Shown piece after piece: positions 1 to 14,963 of a stretch of 64,000 nucleotides of DNA; the first letter of the stretch is position 1; every line of letters starts with the position of its first letter. The DNA lies in NCBI GenBank assembly GCA_013239625.1, contig MU053629.1:96676-160675 (forward strand), in the 5' to 3' direction. Source of the stretch: Lama guanicoe. Lineage: Eukaryota. The notes beneath the pieces were generated by a model. That model was not told the origin of the DNA and searched no databases. It saw only the letters and a program-made list of their open reading frames with translations. The translations under genes and the position numbers were made by a program.

Positions 1-479
1 TGTTACAGCATTTGACAGTACCTAATACAGCATACGTATACTTGCTCATTTTACGTCTCCTCTGGTTAAAATATAAGCTCCATGAGGAGGACATCTGTTT
101 TACTGACTGCTGTGCTTTCATCAGATGCTTACTTTTCAGCATCTGCTTCCCTATTCCACTTAACTACCTGGGTTTGCTTGTCTCAATAACTTTATGGTAG
201 CTATTTGCTGCCCATAAAGCTCCTTCAGGTTGTTTATCTCTGACTTCCTAACTAAACTATGAACAGAAAAGATCAAGCTGACAGATGCCTAACCACTAAA
301 CAAAGAATGATGTTTCTGTATGACGCACAACCCACTAACGTTCAAAAGAGGACGGCTGGCTGTTCCTACCTCAAAAGAATGAACTTTCTGCAAAAGTACT
401 GTGTAAATTGAAAATCATCATAAAAATGTAAGATGCTTCTTTATTGTTTCTGAAACATTACACAAAATTAAAAGCATCC

Positions 480-1910
480 CCAACAGAGGCACTGGATAAA
501 CCCTCCTACTCAAAATAACTTAAAAACTGGACAAAATATGTGAAACAGCTTTCTCAAAGACACTGGACATCAGTTAACAAAGGAAAGTAGAAAGATGGGA
601 AACAAATGATTGAAGTCCTACAAACACCCAGCTTACTGATTGAAGAGTTTCAAAATGCATAGGGCACAAGAAAGCAGCATTTCAAGGGAAATTTACAGCA
701 CTGAATGTCTAAATTAGAAAAGAAGGAAGGTCTCAAATCAATAGTCTCATCTTCCACTTTAAGAAACTAACAAAGTAAAGCAAATGAAACCCAAAGTAAG
801 CAAAACAAAAAAGCAATAATATATGTGAGAGTAGAAATTGGCAAAATAAAAAACAGAAATAGAGAAAATAATTGAACCCAAAAGCTTATTCTTTCAGAAG
901 ATCAGCAAAATTGATAAACCTCTAGCCAGACTGATCAGCAAAAAAAAAAAAAAAGAGAGAGAGAAAAGGCACAAGTTACTAGTATCAGGAGTGAGAAACA
1001 GCGTAACTATAAATTCTACATGTATTGAAAAGGTCAGATGGAAGCACTGCGAACACTTTAATGACAATAAATTCAACAACTAATATATGACAGACAAACT
1101 TCTTTGCACAGCAAACTACCAAAGATCACTCAAAAACAGAAACAGTAAGTAATCTGAACAGCCCTATTATCTATTAAAGAAACTGAATTTGAGTTACAGG
1201 AATTTCATTTACAGTTAAAAACCCTCCCCTAAAAAGAAGACTCCAGGCCCAGATGGCTTCACTGGTGAATTCTACCAAATACATAAAGAAGAAAAAGAAA
1301 GAAGTCTATACATCTTCCTTTCAAGAAGCCTGTATTACCCTGACACACTGATGCCAAAAAAAGAAAATATAAGCACAGATCAATAAGCCTCATAAACAGA
1401 GATGTAAGTTTTTAAAACTTCATAACAAAATTTAAGTAAACCAAATCCAATATTTTAAAAGAAAAATTCATTATTACCAAATGAGGTTTATCTAATAATG
1501 TATGGTAGGTTTAACATCCCACTGGAAGAGTATCACGAACTACTGATACACACAACACAAATGAATCTCCAATTAATTATGCTGAATGAAAGTAGCCAAA
1601 CCAAAAAAAAAAAAAGTTGAAACTATGATTTTATTTGTATAAAATTCCAGAAAATTCTAACAAACTCATAGTGTCAGAAAGCAGATCAATGTTGCCTGGA
1701 GATTGAGGGGAGAGGAATCAGCAGGCAGAGGTAGGTACGAGGGACTACACAGGGGCACAGGAACCCTTGGGGATGGAGATGTGTTCATTATCTTGACTGT
1801 AGTGGTGGTTGCAGAGATAAACACTTATGTCAACTCTTACCAAAATGTACACTTAAAACAGCTGTAGCTTACTGAATGCCAGTAATACTTCAATAAGGCT
1901 GTTTTTAAGA
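480..1910 (+). mobile_element. Old LINE-1 fragments (ORF2 pieces and an L1MC/MD-like 3' end)
   Basis: L1-typical strings: aaaattgataaacctctagccagactgatc, ccaggcccagatggcttcactggtgaattctaccaaac-like, cagaaagcagatca..gttgcctgg; boundaries approximate. Confidence 0.8.
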
Positions 1911-2303
1911 AGACAGCATAAATATTTTGTAACAATCTACTTAAATTCAAAACTCATATTTTCTGTTTTCCATTCCTTAGATTATTCTCAAGTTTATATG
2001 GTTTCATAATCAAAAGAGCTTCTAATTTTTGAAGATTTTATTTTTCAATACTAAACCTTGAATGTGATGCATTCAAAAAGAGGGATAACCAACTTTTACA
2101 GGACGTAAAAGACCAAATACTTCTGAAATAAGAGAGGCAATATAAATTCAAGTAAACATTTTCTTAAAAATGTATTTCTGCTATAAGATAATCATTATTT
2201 TTGTGTGTCCAGAAATCAAGCTTTGCTTTCTTAAAACTGAGTAACTGATGCAGATGTATTTCACCTTGTTGACTTTAGAATATAAAGGAAACTCATACAT
2301 TAC

Positions 2304-2421
2304 TTGGCCATTCTAATGTCCTTTTCCACCATTGCCTTGGCCAGCTCAACATGTATATCCATGGGCTGCAATATATGCATAGTTGATGGATGCTGAAATC
2401 GACACTTTTTCCAGTCTTCCC
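2304..2421 (-). CDS. VPS13C: VPS13C exon 24 (118 nt)
   Basis: (G)[46 protein letters not shown]. Confidence 0.95.
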
Positions 2422-5400
2422 CTTAAAAAATAATTTAAAAAATTAAACAACCAGTTTTTATTTATCAAATAATTATTTTTAGATTATCAAATGTTCTATA
2501 GAAAACTATTCTATATTAGAAAACAACTAACAAATATATTCAATGTATACTGACTTTTACTTATTTCAACATACAAGCTAAATGACCTATATTTTTTAAT
2601 ATACACTGACAAAAGTCAAAGACTATGAAATAAAAATAACCCTAAATATTTATTTGGAGGACTTCCTTTGTAAGATCTTACATTTTAAAGCAAACAAGAA
2701 AATACCCAGGAATTCATTTCCTTGATTCCAGACTGAGAGATGAAGGTGGGTTGCTACAGTGAAAAAAGGAAAAAAATACAGGGGAAAAAAAAGAAAAAGA
2801 AGAAAAAAAGAGGTTTCTGGGGTTTCTAAGAGCGATAATTCTACAGCAAAAATGAGTTTTATCAAGCAAGATATTTTTGACAAAAAGTAGAATAGTCACT
2901 TTTCTTCAAAAAAAAAAAGGTTCCAAAAATAGACTTCCAATGACTAACGGAATCCTACACAGACCCTAACTGATGGCAGTGACTAAAGCTCTTTTACTGC
3001 TTACAACTCGAACAATTATTATTCAGTACATACAAAAGAAAAAGCAGCTTTAATGGTCTGTGTAAGTACCTCTCTTCAAGGAATTAATAGGCTCCTAATT
3101 TATAAAACCAGGTAAAGTATTATATATTTCCATTTTAATAAATCTCATCACTCTCATTATAGTATACACTCTGCACACAGAAACTATGTCCTTTTCTCCA
3201 ATCATCTACCAGAGAATGATACAGTCAAGGATATTCTGCAAGTCTTATTGACTCTAGAAACTAAAGCAGTATGGAGAACCAGCAATCTTTATTTAACCAT
3301 TCAAAACACCAAAGCTTTTGGAAAACGATTAAATTCACTACCTCTACGGTTTTAGGACTATATCCAATACGTTTCAGGTATCTACAAAAGTAGAAGACGT
3401 AATATTACTCAAAGACTAGGCTAACAGTGAAACATTTAAAAATAAAAGCCACAAGGGAAAACAACACTGAGACAACCAAACTCACTGGGACAGAGGAACA
3501 TGAGCCGACTGCAACTTCTGTCTTGTGTTCTGGGCAATTTTACATCACACTAAAACATTTAGGCAGTGACTGCACCTAGATTCAAATGGTGCTAAGTACC
3601 CTAAGATGAATAGCCAAATTTTTATCTCTACTTTTAACTATGACAAAGATTTTCAGTGATCGGCTCCTGTTTGGTTTTCTTTTCTTTTTTTTTTTTAACT
3701 GAAGTACAGTCAGTTACAATGTGCACAGCACATTTCTGGTGTACAGCACAATGTCCCCAGTCACACATATACATACATGTATTTGTTTTCATATTCTTTT
3801 TCATTTAAGGTTATTACAAGATATTGAACATAGTTCCCTGTGCTAAACAGAAGAAATTTTTTAAAATCTGTTTTTATATACAGGGGCTAACATTTGTAAA
3901 TCTCAAACTCCCAAATTTATCCCTTCCCACCTCCTTTCCCCAGTAACCATAAGATTGTTTACTATGTCTGCAAGTCTGTTTCTGTTTTATAGATTAGTTC
4001 ATAGTGTCCTTTTTTTCCTATTTGGTTTTCTTAAGTGACCAACAGTGTTAAGTAGTTCAAAATGTTGTCAGGGTTGATATATAAGCACACATACACATAC
4101 ATTTACCAAAGCTACTGAGCATAATTTCAAGATCCCAAAAACTGAGCAACAGTTTACCTGCTCTTGCAAAGAGTAGTTGCACACTTTTTATTTCAACATC
4201 AAACTTGTCATATGCCTTATCCATTATTTCTTCCAGAGATGAATTATTAGTCTTCTGTGAACCTTGATCTTTACTGTTAAGCTAAAATGGAGAAAAAAAA
4301 CTTAACAAAGAAGTCTATGTATCAACATACTTTAGTTGTGTTTCCTTAAAACCTAAATTAAATTAAAACACTGATTCACATTTTCCTTAATTTTCTGATA
4401 AATATTAACAAATATTTTATTAGGAATCTAATATTTCAGCACGCGTCTCTATTATGTTTGGGTAACAGATGCTCAGCACGTTCGCAATAATTAGGAGATG
4501 AGTTACACAGCCCTCTGTCTCAAATAACCTGTCTAAACATGCAGCTCTTCCTGGCTCTCAGGAGTTCTCACCACTTACGCCTCACCTCTCTGGCTAGCTA
4601 TCCTAAACTCTTCACCATGAAACAGAAGAGTTTTGTTCCTTCCTCTCCTCACTATATCACTAAAGTAATTAGGTCATTAGAATTCAGGTCCAATCTCTAC
4701 TTCCTTTTCCCTCTTCCCAAAGGAAACAAGGATCAATTTAGGACTTCACTTTTTGAAATCTTCACTTTTTCTCAGAGAGCTGAATTTCTAGCAGGTTCAA
4801 CACCCAAACTCTTGGAGTTCTCTTATTCTACTTAGTTGCTGACAGTGATTTAATAAGCATATATTCATATGTGTATAATTTTCTATTGTCAAGATATGTA
4901 AATTAACCAAGAAAATTATGTAATTAGACTGTGGAAACCCAGGAGTGATTAAAAACTAGGAGTGCTTCCCTCCAATTATGGAAAAAAACCAGCAATAACC
5001 TAGTCCTCAATGTGAAACCATCCACCATTTCAGAAAATGTTAGTTTTTATTTTTTTAATAGCCATAAAATATATACAAACGACATAATCTAAGCTAGGCT
5101 TGACAAAATGCTAAGAAGACATAAGTCTAGGTTTAGTTTAAGTAAACTCTGAGGGAAAAAAAGCAAACTATCAGACAGCTAGCAACCAAGCTGAATTTAA
5201 AAAAGGCAGACAGAAATGCACATATACCTACCCGAAATGTACCAAAATCTAAAATGAGAAGATCTGACTTTTCATGGTGGAAACCTGTCTGTGGAACTAT
5301 TAGATAAGAAGGCTTCAGATTTATCCTTAAATCAAGGACTTTTCGAGTTTCTATTATATGTGTAAGTCCTAAAAGAAGAAAAAGAAGTAATGAAAAATTA

Positions 5401-8400
5401 GATGATCAAGTTGAAATATGTAATTATACCATTAACAACGGGAATCAAGAATATCATTTGAAACATAATTTGGAAGAACATCAGTCCTTTTCACAGATTA
5501 GATTCTCAATGAAACATATCAGGTGAAAATGCAGACGGTCAATGAAAAACAACCATATCACACGGTACAGCAAACCCAACACAGCTAGTATTTTAACCAG
5601 AAATAGAGAAACTCATCATTTCTTTAGTGTAACAAAAAGCAACCTGCTACTTCAAATATTTACATTAGAACAGAAAAAATTTTTTGAGAGTTTAGATGAT
5701 GCTTATGCAGTCAGATTCTTACCTGTGGCTGTCTTCTCTTTAATTTCTTCCAGCTTCATCAGTGTAGCTGATGTTATCTGCTCAAGATCTAATCCCTTAT
5801 TTGACTGAAAGAACTCAACCACCGCATTGATGGTTTTCTGAAAAACCATTTAAAATACAAGCAAGTTATATACAGTACTTTCTATACTACAAATTTTAAA
5901 GTTTCAGTTTAATTCTAATCAACTCTGGCTTTGAACTGAGGAGGTGCCTCCAAAGATAATCTACCCTACTACGTCGCCCTCTGAAGTGAAAGAGAACTTG
6001 AGAAAAGGAATAATACAATTAAGCTTATCGGAAAGGCAACAAATGTGTGCGTATTGCTAAGGTAAGCTTAAGAATGTTCTGTGGTATCATGTTGATGTAG
6101 CAGTGGGCCATTACTCCTAGTCTCAGCCTCCAGATTAGAAGGGGAAACTCTACCTCTCTATACTACAATTGGATCCCCTGCATTTTGAAGTTTAGAGAGG
6201 AAATAAGAAAGCTGTGTTGCCCTTAGCTGCATCTAAAATTTGAACTTAAAAATCAGACATCTTGCAAGAAACAATGAGTTCTGGGGATTGAACGTACACC
6301 AGTGTGAATGTACTTAACCCTACTAAACTGTACACTTAAAAAATGGCTTGGATGGTAAATTATGATTTCTCTTATGCTAATTTTGATTTTTCATATACTA
6401 TAGATTTTCTTCTACTCTAAGGTACACTTACCTATGCTTATGTTAAATTTTTTTAATGTAAAATACCATTAAAGAAGTCTACACTTATTAAACTAACTAC
6501 TTGGAAATAATCACACACTGACTTCCTACTGCAGTTTATTTTTGCTTACTCTCCCCTCCCCCTCAATGCTCAGAATCTGTTTAAAGAGCTTTAGGAGCAA
6601 CTGAAAGAATTTTAAATACTGCTCACGTGAGAAGAAAGCACTGGCATTTCTGTGTTACTAAACATGCTGGCTCACGTTCTGTCCCTGTAGCTCCATCTTT
6701 ATTCAGACTCTCTTAACTCATCCTGAGCTCACCAGGATGGGTGTGGTTTGTTACGTAACTGCATCACTTGATGGTTGGTTCCACTCTGTTACTGAGATCC
6801 CTGACTCATTATCACTTTACAATTTAGACGCAGATACACAGTGCGGGTGGGAGGTAGAACTTACTGTATTCTCTGATTATTTTTTTAATTTTAAATTGTG
6901 GTAAGGTACATATGACATAACCAAAATTAACTGCTAAACATGTACTACTCTTTAAATAAGAAAAGGGTGGCAGTAAACTGAGATGTTAAGTAAACAAAGC
7001 TTAAGTATGAAAATCGGAAAACAAGAAAACCATACGTCAGAAGAGTAAGACGTGCTTACTGAGGATGCCCTCCCCCCCTTGTACGTACCGCATCGTAGAT
7101 GACCTCCACAGGCTGAGACTGAACAACCAGGGTCTGGTCAGCAGCACTATTCTCTGGATTGGTTTCAAAATCAATTTTCAGCAAGGATGATGCAGTATCA
7201 CCAATTGAAGCCACGAGCGATGGTACAATGTCCTGCTGTCTCAGACCTGTTATATACCAGTGTTCTAATTTTGCTTCCACCCTACAGCCCAATGAGGAAA
7301 AAAAGAAGTATTATAAATAAGATCCTTTGGAATGTAATGGTTTAAAATACAAATTTCCCTTTAAAAGAAACTCCTCTGAGATCCAGGACCATGCCCATTA
7401 CCCGGAGTTGGAGTCCAAACTCCTTGGCTTGGCATTCAATTGCCCACAAAATTTGTGGGGTTTCTTTCTGTTTCAGTTTACTGTTTTGTTCCCCTCATCC
7501 TTGTGAAAAACCCACTTTGGCCAACTTCAGGACACCGCGGAAGTTCTGATCACTGTTGCGTAAATACAAGCTACACCTAAATCAGGGAACGCATCTCCCT
7601 TTTCATGTCGCACTGAACACGCTCCTTCCTCATCCCGGCTTCTCTTGGTCCTTTCCACTCAGCTAGCCTGCGCCCCAATTTTCCGAGCCCAAGTTATTCT
7701 CTTCCACAACTGAGCTTGTGCAGCACTGACCAGGAGGTTTCTAACTTTCCAGTACCTTCTTAATTATGAGCTCGCTAACGTATTATAGATCCTGTATTAA
7801 CTTTCTATGCTCCCTCTCTTATCAACTACAGCATAAACATCTTGCAAACAGAAACTTACTGTTCCTATGCATAGCCTTCGAAGTATCGAATCTAGGAATT
7901 CAACACTATCCAATAAACATTTGCACAAGAAAGAAGGAAGGGGAGAACAAATGATGAGCTCCTCATATGGGTCCATAACAAAACAAACACAAATAAAAAT
8001 GACTATCTTCTCACACATGAAAGGAAAAACAATAGAGAACTACTATTACTAAGTTTTTTAATGCTAAGTAGAACTGTATTTGTTTTTTGGCCTGAAGTCA
8101 TAACTAGAAATAAAAATTAAAATGAGTTTTTTACTTACTTAAGTGCCTGTGCTCCTGGTCGCTGAGATACTTGTGTGCCCAGGCCAATTATCTGGATTTT
8201 TAGTATTTCTGGAATATTTTTGTTTTCTCTTATTGTAATAGAGGTGCTTACTAACTTCAGTGCCACTATATAGGCAACATACTAAATGAAAGAAAGAATG
8301 AAAATTGTTAAATCTTAAGTAGTTATTACTTTCTTTAATAATTATTTCTTTTTAAATTTTTAAATTATTAAGTGATGTAAAAAACAATACAGTAGGTTTT

Positions 8401-11400
8401 TGCATCAGTATGTTCACCACAAAGAACATGAGACAGTTCAATACAAAATTGCTTGCTCAAATAAGGCATTAATAAGATTCAAAATTAATTTTTCTTAGTT
8501 CCAAAGATAACAAAAATGAAATTTGATCAACTATTTTGTGGCATAAATAAAATTCAACAGTTCTCACTAAAGCAAATTAATTCAGACCAATCCTCTGGCT
8601 CAAAACTGGACAAAATACAAAGAACATCTGCTTGATGGCTTTGGACACTTAATAAAACACTGAGAAAAAAATCCTGACCCAAAAATTGGTAGATCAAGAC
8701 TAGAGGTAGGACAGATATCCAGGGAGATAACTCTACTACAAGCACACAGGAAGGGGGGAAGCAAAGAATCTACAAAACAGTCAGAAAACAGTTAATAAAC
8801 TGTAAATTGTAAACTGTACATCTTTATCAATAATTACTTTAAATGCAAATGAACTAAATTCTCCAATCAAAAGACAAAGACTATCAAAATGAATTTTTAA
8901 ATAAGATCCAATGATATGCTGCCTGCAAGAGACTAATTTTAGCTTTAAAGCCACTCATAGACTGACAGTGAAGAGATGGAAAAAGATACCTTAATCAAAT
9001 ATTAACCAAAAAACAGGGGTAGCTATACTTACATCAGGAAAAAATAGACTTTAAGTTAAAAATAATCAGAAGAGACAAAGCCATCATATAATGATAAAGG
9101 GGACAATCCATCAAGAAGAGGTAACAGCTGTAAATACATAAATACCCATTGGAGCATCTATATATATAAGTCACATACTAGCAGAACCAAAAGAAATAGA
9201 CAGCAATATGGTATTAGTTGGGGACTTCAGTACCCCGCTGTCAACAATAGAGATCATCCAGACAGAATCAATAAGGAAAGAATTATTTGCACAATGCTAC
9301 AGGCCATTTGCCACAACACGGATGGTCTTGAATGGCATTATGCTAAATGAAGTAAGTCATAGACAAATGCTGTGATATCACTTCTATGTGAAATCAAAAA
9401 AATAGAACAAACTAGTGAATAAAACAAAAATGAAGCACATTCACAAATAGAACAAACTAGTGATTACCAGTGGGAAAAAGAAAGAGGGGAGGGGCAATTA
9501 GGGGAAGGGGACAAAAAATGGGTATCATGGGATTATATGAAATCATGTGCGTGAAACTTTTGAAAACGGTAAAGCACTAGAGAATTTTTTAAACAGATAA
9601 TTTAATTTTAATTTTAAAAGATGCTCAATATCACTAGTCAGCAGAGAAATGCAATTGAAAACCACAATAAGGGAGGAGATCAAGTAGGAGGAAAAAGACA
9701 TACAAGCAAATATAAATGAATGATCTAATTAAACTTAAAAACTTTTGCAAAGCAAAGTAAACATCAACAAAATGAAAAGACAACCTACCATATGGGAGAA
9801 AATACTTGCAAATGATATGACTGACAAGGGATTAATATCCAAAACATATAAACAGCTCCTTCAACTCAATATCAAAAAACAAACAAATTAAAAAATGGGC
9901 AGAAGGCCTGAATAGACATTTGGACAACAGACACAGGGGAAAAAAGTTCAACATGGCTAATCATCAGAGAAATGCAAATCAAAGCCACAATGAGATACCA
10001 CCTCACACCTATCAAAATGGCTATCATCAAAAAGTCCACAAATAACCAATGCTGGAGACGATGGGGAGAAAAGGGAACCGTAGGCACAATGTTGGTGGGA
10101 TTGTAAATTGGTGCAGCCACTATGGAAAACAGTATGGACATTCCTCAAAAAACTAAAAATAGAATTACCACATAATCCAGCAATTCCACTTCTGGGTATT
10201 TTTCTGAAGGAAATGAAAACTTAGTTTCAAAAGATACGTGCACCTCAATGTTCACAGCAGCATTATTTACGATAGCCAAGACACAGACGCAACTTAAGTG
10301 TCCCATCAACAGATATAGAGAATAAGCTAGTGGTCACCACTGGAGCAAAAAAAATGAAACATAATAGCTCTTAGGCCACCTAAATAATTAATTACCTGCT
10401 TGGGTAAAGTTAGGTTATGGGTGCTCTCGCTATAACCGATGGCCGTGAAGAGCTTATCTTTTTCCTCTGGAGTCATAAGATCATCAATAGCTACAAAAAG
10501 ACAATATGTTAAGAAATTGATTGATTTAGTTTTACAGATATAACCAAAAAAATCAAACCAAACTAACAAGTGTCCTAAGATCAACAGACATAATGCTAAA
10601 GCGAAAGCCGCCAGGTAATTTCCTCTAATACACTATTTTTTTTTATAGTCAGTTTATAATGTTGTGTCAATTTCTGGTGTAGAGCACAATTTTTCAGTCA
10701 TACATGAATATACATATATTCATTAATATACTATTTTGACTTGTTAAAACAAACATCATGTATTTACTTGTTTAGGTCAAGAAAAGGCAAAAAGATACCA
10801 TTAAGGGAATTCAGGCATTATATGAAAATTTTAGAATTTCCTAAGTACTATCAAATTAAGTGAAACTTCTAATAAATACCTATGTAAAAAGTAACAATGA
10901 GGAATGCTACATGTGAGATTTCTGAATTCCAACTTTTAAAATTTCACACAAATAATTTTTCTCAAAACTTAAAGTTTTATTTCAGTCAAATAAACACAGA
11001 AGTGTTCCAGCCTGATATATTTACTTACATGTTTACCATACTGAGTCTTTATTTCAAAAATATAATAAAATTCAATTAACTGGCTAAAATATAACTTATA
11101 TATCTTTTCCTTATCAGTATACAATAAATTATCTGACTTGGAACTTACTTTCAGGAATCAAAGGTTCTTCATCTTTTTTCTTAGATTCCTTCTTACCCCA
11201 AAATCCACTGAACCAGCCTCCACGTTTCTCGCCTGTGTCAGTAGACTTTTTCCTTAATTTTTGTCCAGATCGAATCACCTCAAAAATAAAAATTAAAAAA
11301 TGTAATCAAAGAATAGTCTCTTCACTCTCAAGTGTAGCCAGGTAAGAACAATTTTTTTTAACATGACATTGAGTTAAAAGCAGTCAATAAAGCAAATTCC

Positions 11401-14400
11401 TTCTGAAATGATGTTTAACATTATTTGGTTAATATAGTCTCACTATTAATTTACCTTTCACATCTACTGATAGCATTTTGAGAAGTTGCATTTTGTGAGC
11501 AATCAATCTAGTTAAGGTTTCAAGTAAAATTTTTCTGAGCAATGTGTTTTCCAAATTTATAAGGTAAAGAGCCACTAGGAAAGCAGATTTTTAAAATGAA
11601 AAGTTCCCTGAAAGGAAGATGCTTTCACACTCAAAAGTGATTCAGCAATCCTATTCCATAATTTATGTACACTGTTGGCTTGCTAACTATGGACATGGTT
11701 GGGGGGTAGAAGATAAATAAAAGTGGATGGTACTCGAATCTCATTTCATCCTCTTTTCTCAACAAACCCTGGCTTGATTTTCTGATGTTACCTTTACCCA
11801 GTTTTCAGTAAAATAGAGATGAATAATCCAAAAGTGGAAAACAGAAGGATAAATAGAAATAAAGGGAAGAAGTAATTTAGACTCTATTTTCTTATTCCCT
11901 GAATAAGTAAACTTCCTTGAATAAGTGAATAATTTTCCCACGATCAATTTAAAATGCTCTAAGTTGGTAGTGAATTGGTAATATACTGCAAGTCTGTGTG
12001 TGTACCAAAAAGTGAAATAATCCAAAAGAGAATTAAAGAAAAGAGTTCAATTCTACAGTAAAGACATTAAGTTTGATAAACAGCAATGCAGTTTAAACTA
12101 AGTTAAATAAGCTCACTTTAACAAGTAGACATTAAATAAATACCAAAGTAATAGGTGCACATCTGCCCACAAAATCACTGAAGGTCGCAGTAACACCTCG
12201 GCTGTAACTATCTTTTGTCAAGCTTATCAATCCATTTTCAGCAGTCAAGGCAACGGGTAAAAAATACATAGCAGATTAGGTTATACTCTACATGAAATAT
12301 TTGACCTCTTCATTCTCCTGGCATAGAAGATTAGTGTGCTTTTTAAATTTTTCACAGTAAAACATATCTGTATGAGACCCAAAATAAACTTTTAAATGCA
12401 TACAGAGCCTATTATGGAGAGGGATGCAGAAACCTTTTACTTTCTCCTAAATAGCATCTCTGTTGCCGTCTCTTCCTCCCCTGTCCAGCTAAGAACTCAT
12501 GGTAAATAACTTCAGCCAATCCTCTGCCTACATTTTAAACTCTCTGGTCCCACGGATTTTCCATAACAATGAAAAAGACATCAATCTTGGATGTATCTAG
12601 TTGCCTTCTCTTCATCTACATCCTTCGTTTTAGCCACAGCATCAGCGATTAATCTTTTTTTCTTCAATTTTTAAGCAATGGGTAACTGATATTAAGAACA
12701 CCCATTTAAACTGAAGCAACTTAATTTAGGGAGAATTGGAATTATCTGCTTCTTACAGCAAATCATTCTTCTAACTCACAGGAACAATTCACAGCAGTAG
12801 CAAATACTTTTTAAAATATTCATACTCTCTGACCCACCATGCAGAATTCATTCTTAAGAAAATAAGAGATGTTTGAAATAATGTACAGACAAGGCTATTC
12901 ACTGTAGTGTCATCTATAATTAAATATAATCAGTAGGAAATTTTGAAGCAAATTCTGGTTTACAAACAGAATGGAATACTAGTCAACTAGTTAAAATGAT
13001 GTTGGATAATTCTACAGAATACTAATATGAAATGGGATACTGTAATTTTTTTTTAAAAAAAGCAAATTACAAAACCATTTCTTGACTCCACATTCCCCAA
13101 TAGTTACCTCTCCATTTATCCTGTTTTCCCCTTAAAGTATCATACTGTCTGCACTTACTGTATCCAGTTCCTCATCTTCCACTCCCTTTCATTCTTATCG
13201 AGTTTCTACCCATATTATTCAATAAAATTTTCTCTTTAAGTGATTTTTTTTATGGCTAAATCCAATGAGGAACTTTCAGTCCCATGATGGTCTAAGCCCT
13301 CTACAACCCATCCTTCATTGCTGATTATAACTAAAAATTTTGGACAAAACATATAAAACATCTACCAAACTCTACAAAGTAAACAAAGCAAGCAGATGGT
13401 GGAGGGGAGTCAACACTCAGAGAAGCGATCTTCACAAAAGTGAGCTCCCCACTTCTTTTGTTTGTTTTTTCCTATACCCACCCCCTCACCTGCCCCATAA
13501 CTTCTCCCTCCTGATGTTCTTGCCCTTGGGTGTGGGCATGAACTGTAACTTGTTTCTAACAAATAGAATCCGGCAAAGGTGATGAGATGTACATGATTAT
13601 GTGCATAAAACTGGAGCAGCTATCTTGCTAGAATCTCTCTCCTTTGGAAGAGCAAGCGGCCATGCGGCAGGCTGCCTAAGTTGGGAGGCCCATTTGGCAA
13701 GGACTGAAATGACTTAGGAGCTGAGGGCAGTCTCTAGCCAACAGCCAGCAAGAAATTGAAATCCTCCATCCCACAGCCACAGGAGCTAAATTCTGCTAAC
13801 AAAAGCCAATTCCTCATCAGTTATGCCTCAGATGAGACCACAGTCCCAGCTGACATCTTGATTATAATATTCTGTGCCTTAAGCAGAGGACTCAGGTAAG
13901 CAAAGGACTGGACTCCTGACCCCCAGAAACTCTGAGATGGTAAATTTGTTTTTTTAAGCCCCTAAGTGTGTTATGCAGCCGTAGAAAACTATTTCACATG
14001 GCTTTGCCCTGAGAGGGCCTCAGTCGTGGAGCAGCACAGAGGCACAGGCAGTTAAACGCCTGAGAGAAACTCCAGTCTGGCCAAGGAACCAGAAAACGGA
14101 GTCCACGAAAGCCACTGTTTAGGGGGAAAGCCCCGTGGATCTCTAATAACTCTGTGCTTGAGGCTGCCTCCATTTCAGTCTATCCCAAGCTTCTTATGTA
14201 TAAAACTGACCTAAATCAAGGGAGCAAAAGTTTAGAGACCTGAACTGAGTAATAAATCATTTGCACAATTCTCAAACTCCTGTCCTAATCATGTGCAAAG
14301 TAGACCCAAACCAACATACCAAAGGTGGAAGAACTGAACTATTATCCGCAGAAGGTAAAACACAACTTAAGATCAAGGTTGTACGCTAAGACAAAATATC

Positions 14401-14928
14401 AAACATTTTCCAGAGGATAACAGGACCCAAAGACTACATAACATAATATTCACAATGTCTAGGATACAATCCAAAATTACTTGAGATGCATAAACAAAAC
14501 AAAGAAGGAGGAAAATGTGACTGTTTCTCTAGAGAAAAGATAATCAATAGATGCCAGTGGCCAGAGAAACTAGACACTGAAACTATCAGAGCTCACTCGA
14601 CCCATGTTAAATGAAATAAGGGAAATACACCTGAAATTACTAACAGATCAAAAGTTTCAGCAGAGAAATGGAAACTATAAAAGGGAACTCAATAGGAATT
14701 TTAGACCTAAAAAACACAGTATCCAAAATAAAAAAATTGTGGATGGGCTCAACAATAAAATGGAGAAAATGTAGGTAACAGAGGAAAGAGTAAACCTGAA
14801 AGCAGATCGAGAAGTTATCCAATCAGAAGAACAGAGATAAAAAGAAGATTAATGAAAAAAAAATGAACAAAGCCTCAGGGACCTGTGGTATAATACCAAA
14901 AGGTCAAATATATGGATATATGGACATA

Positions 14929-14963
<35 letters not shown>

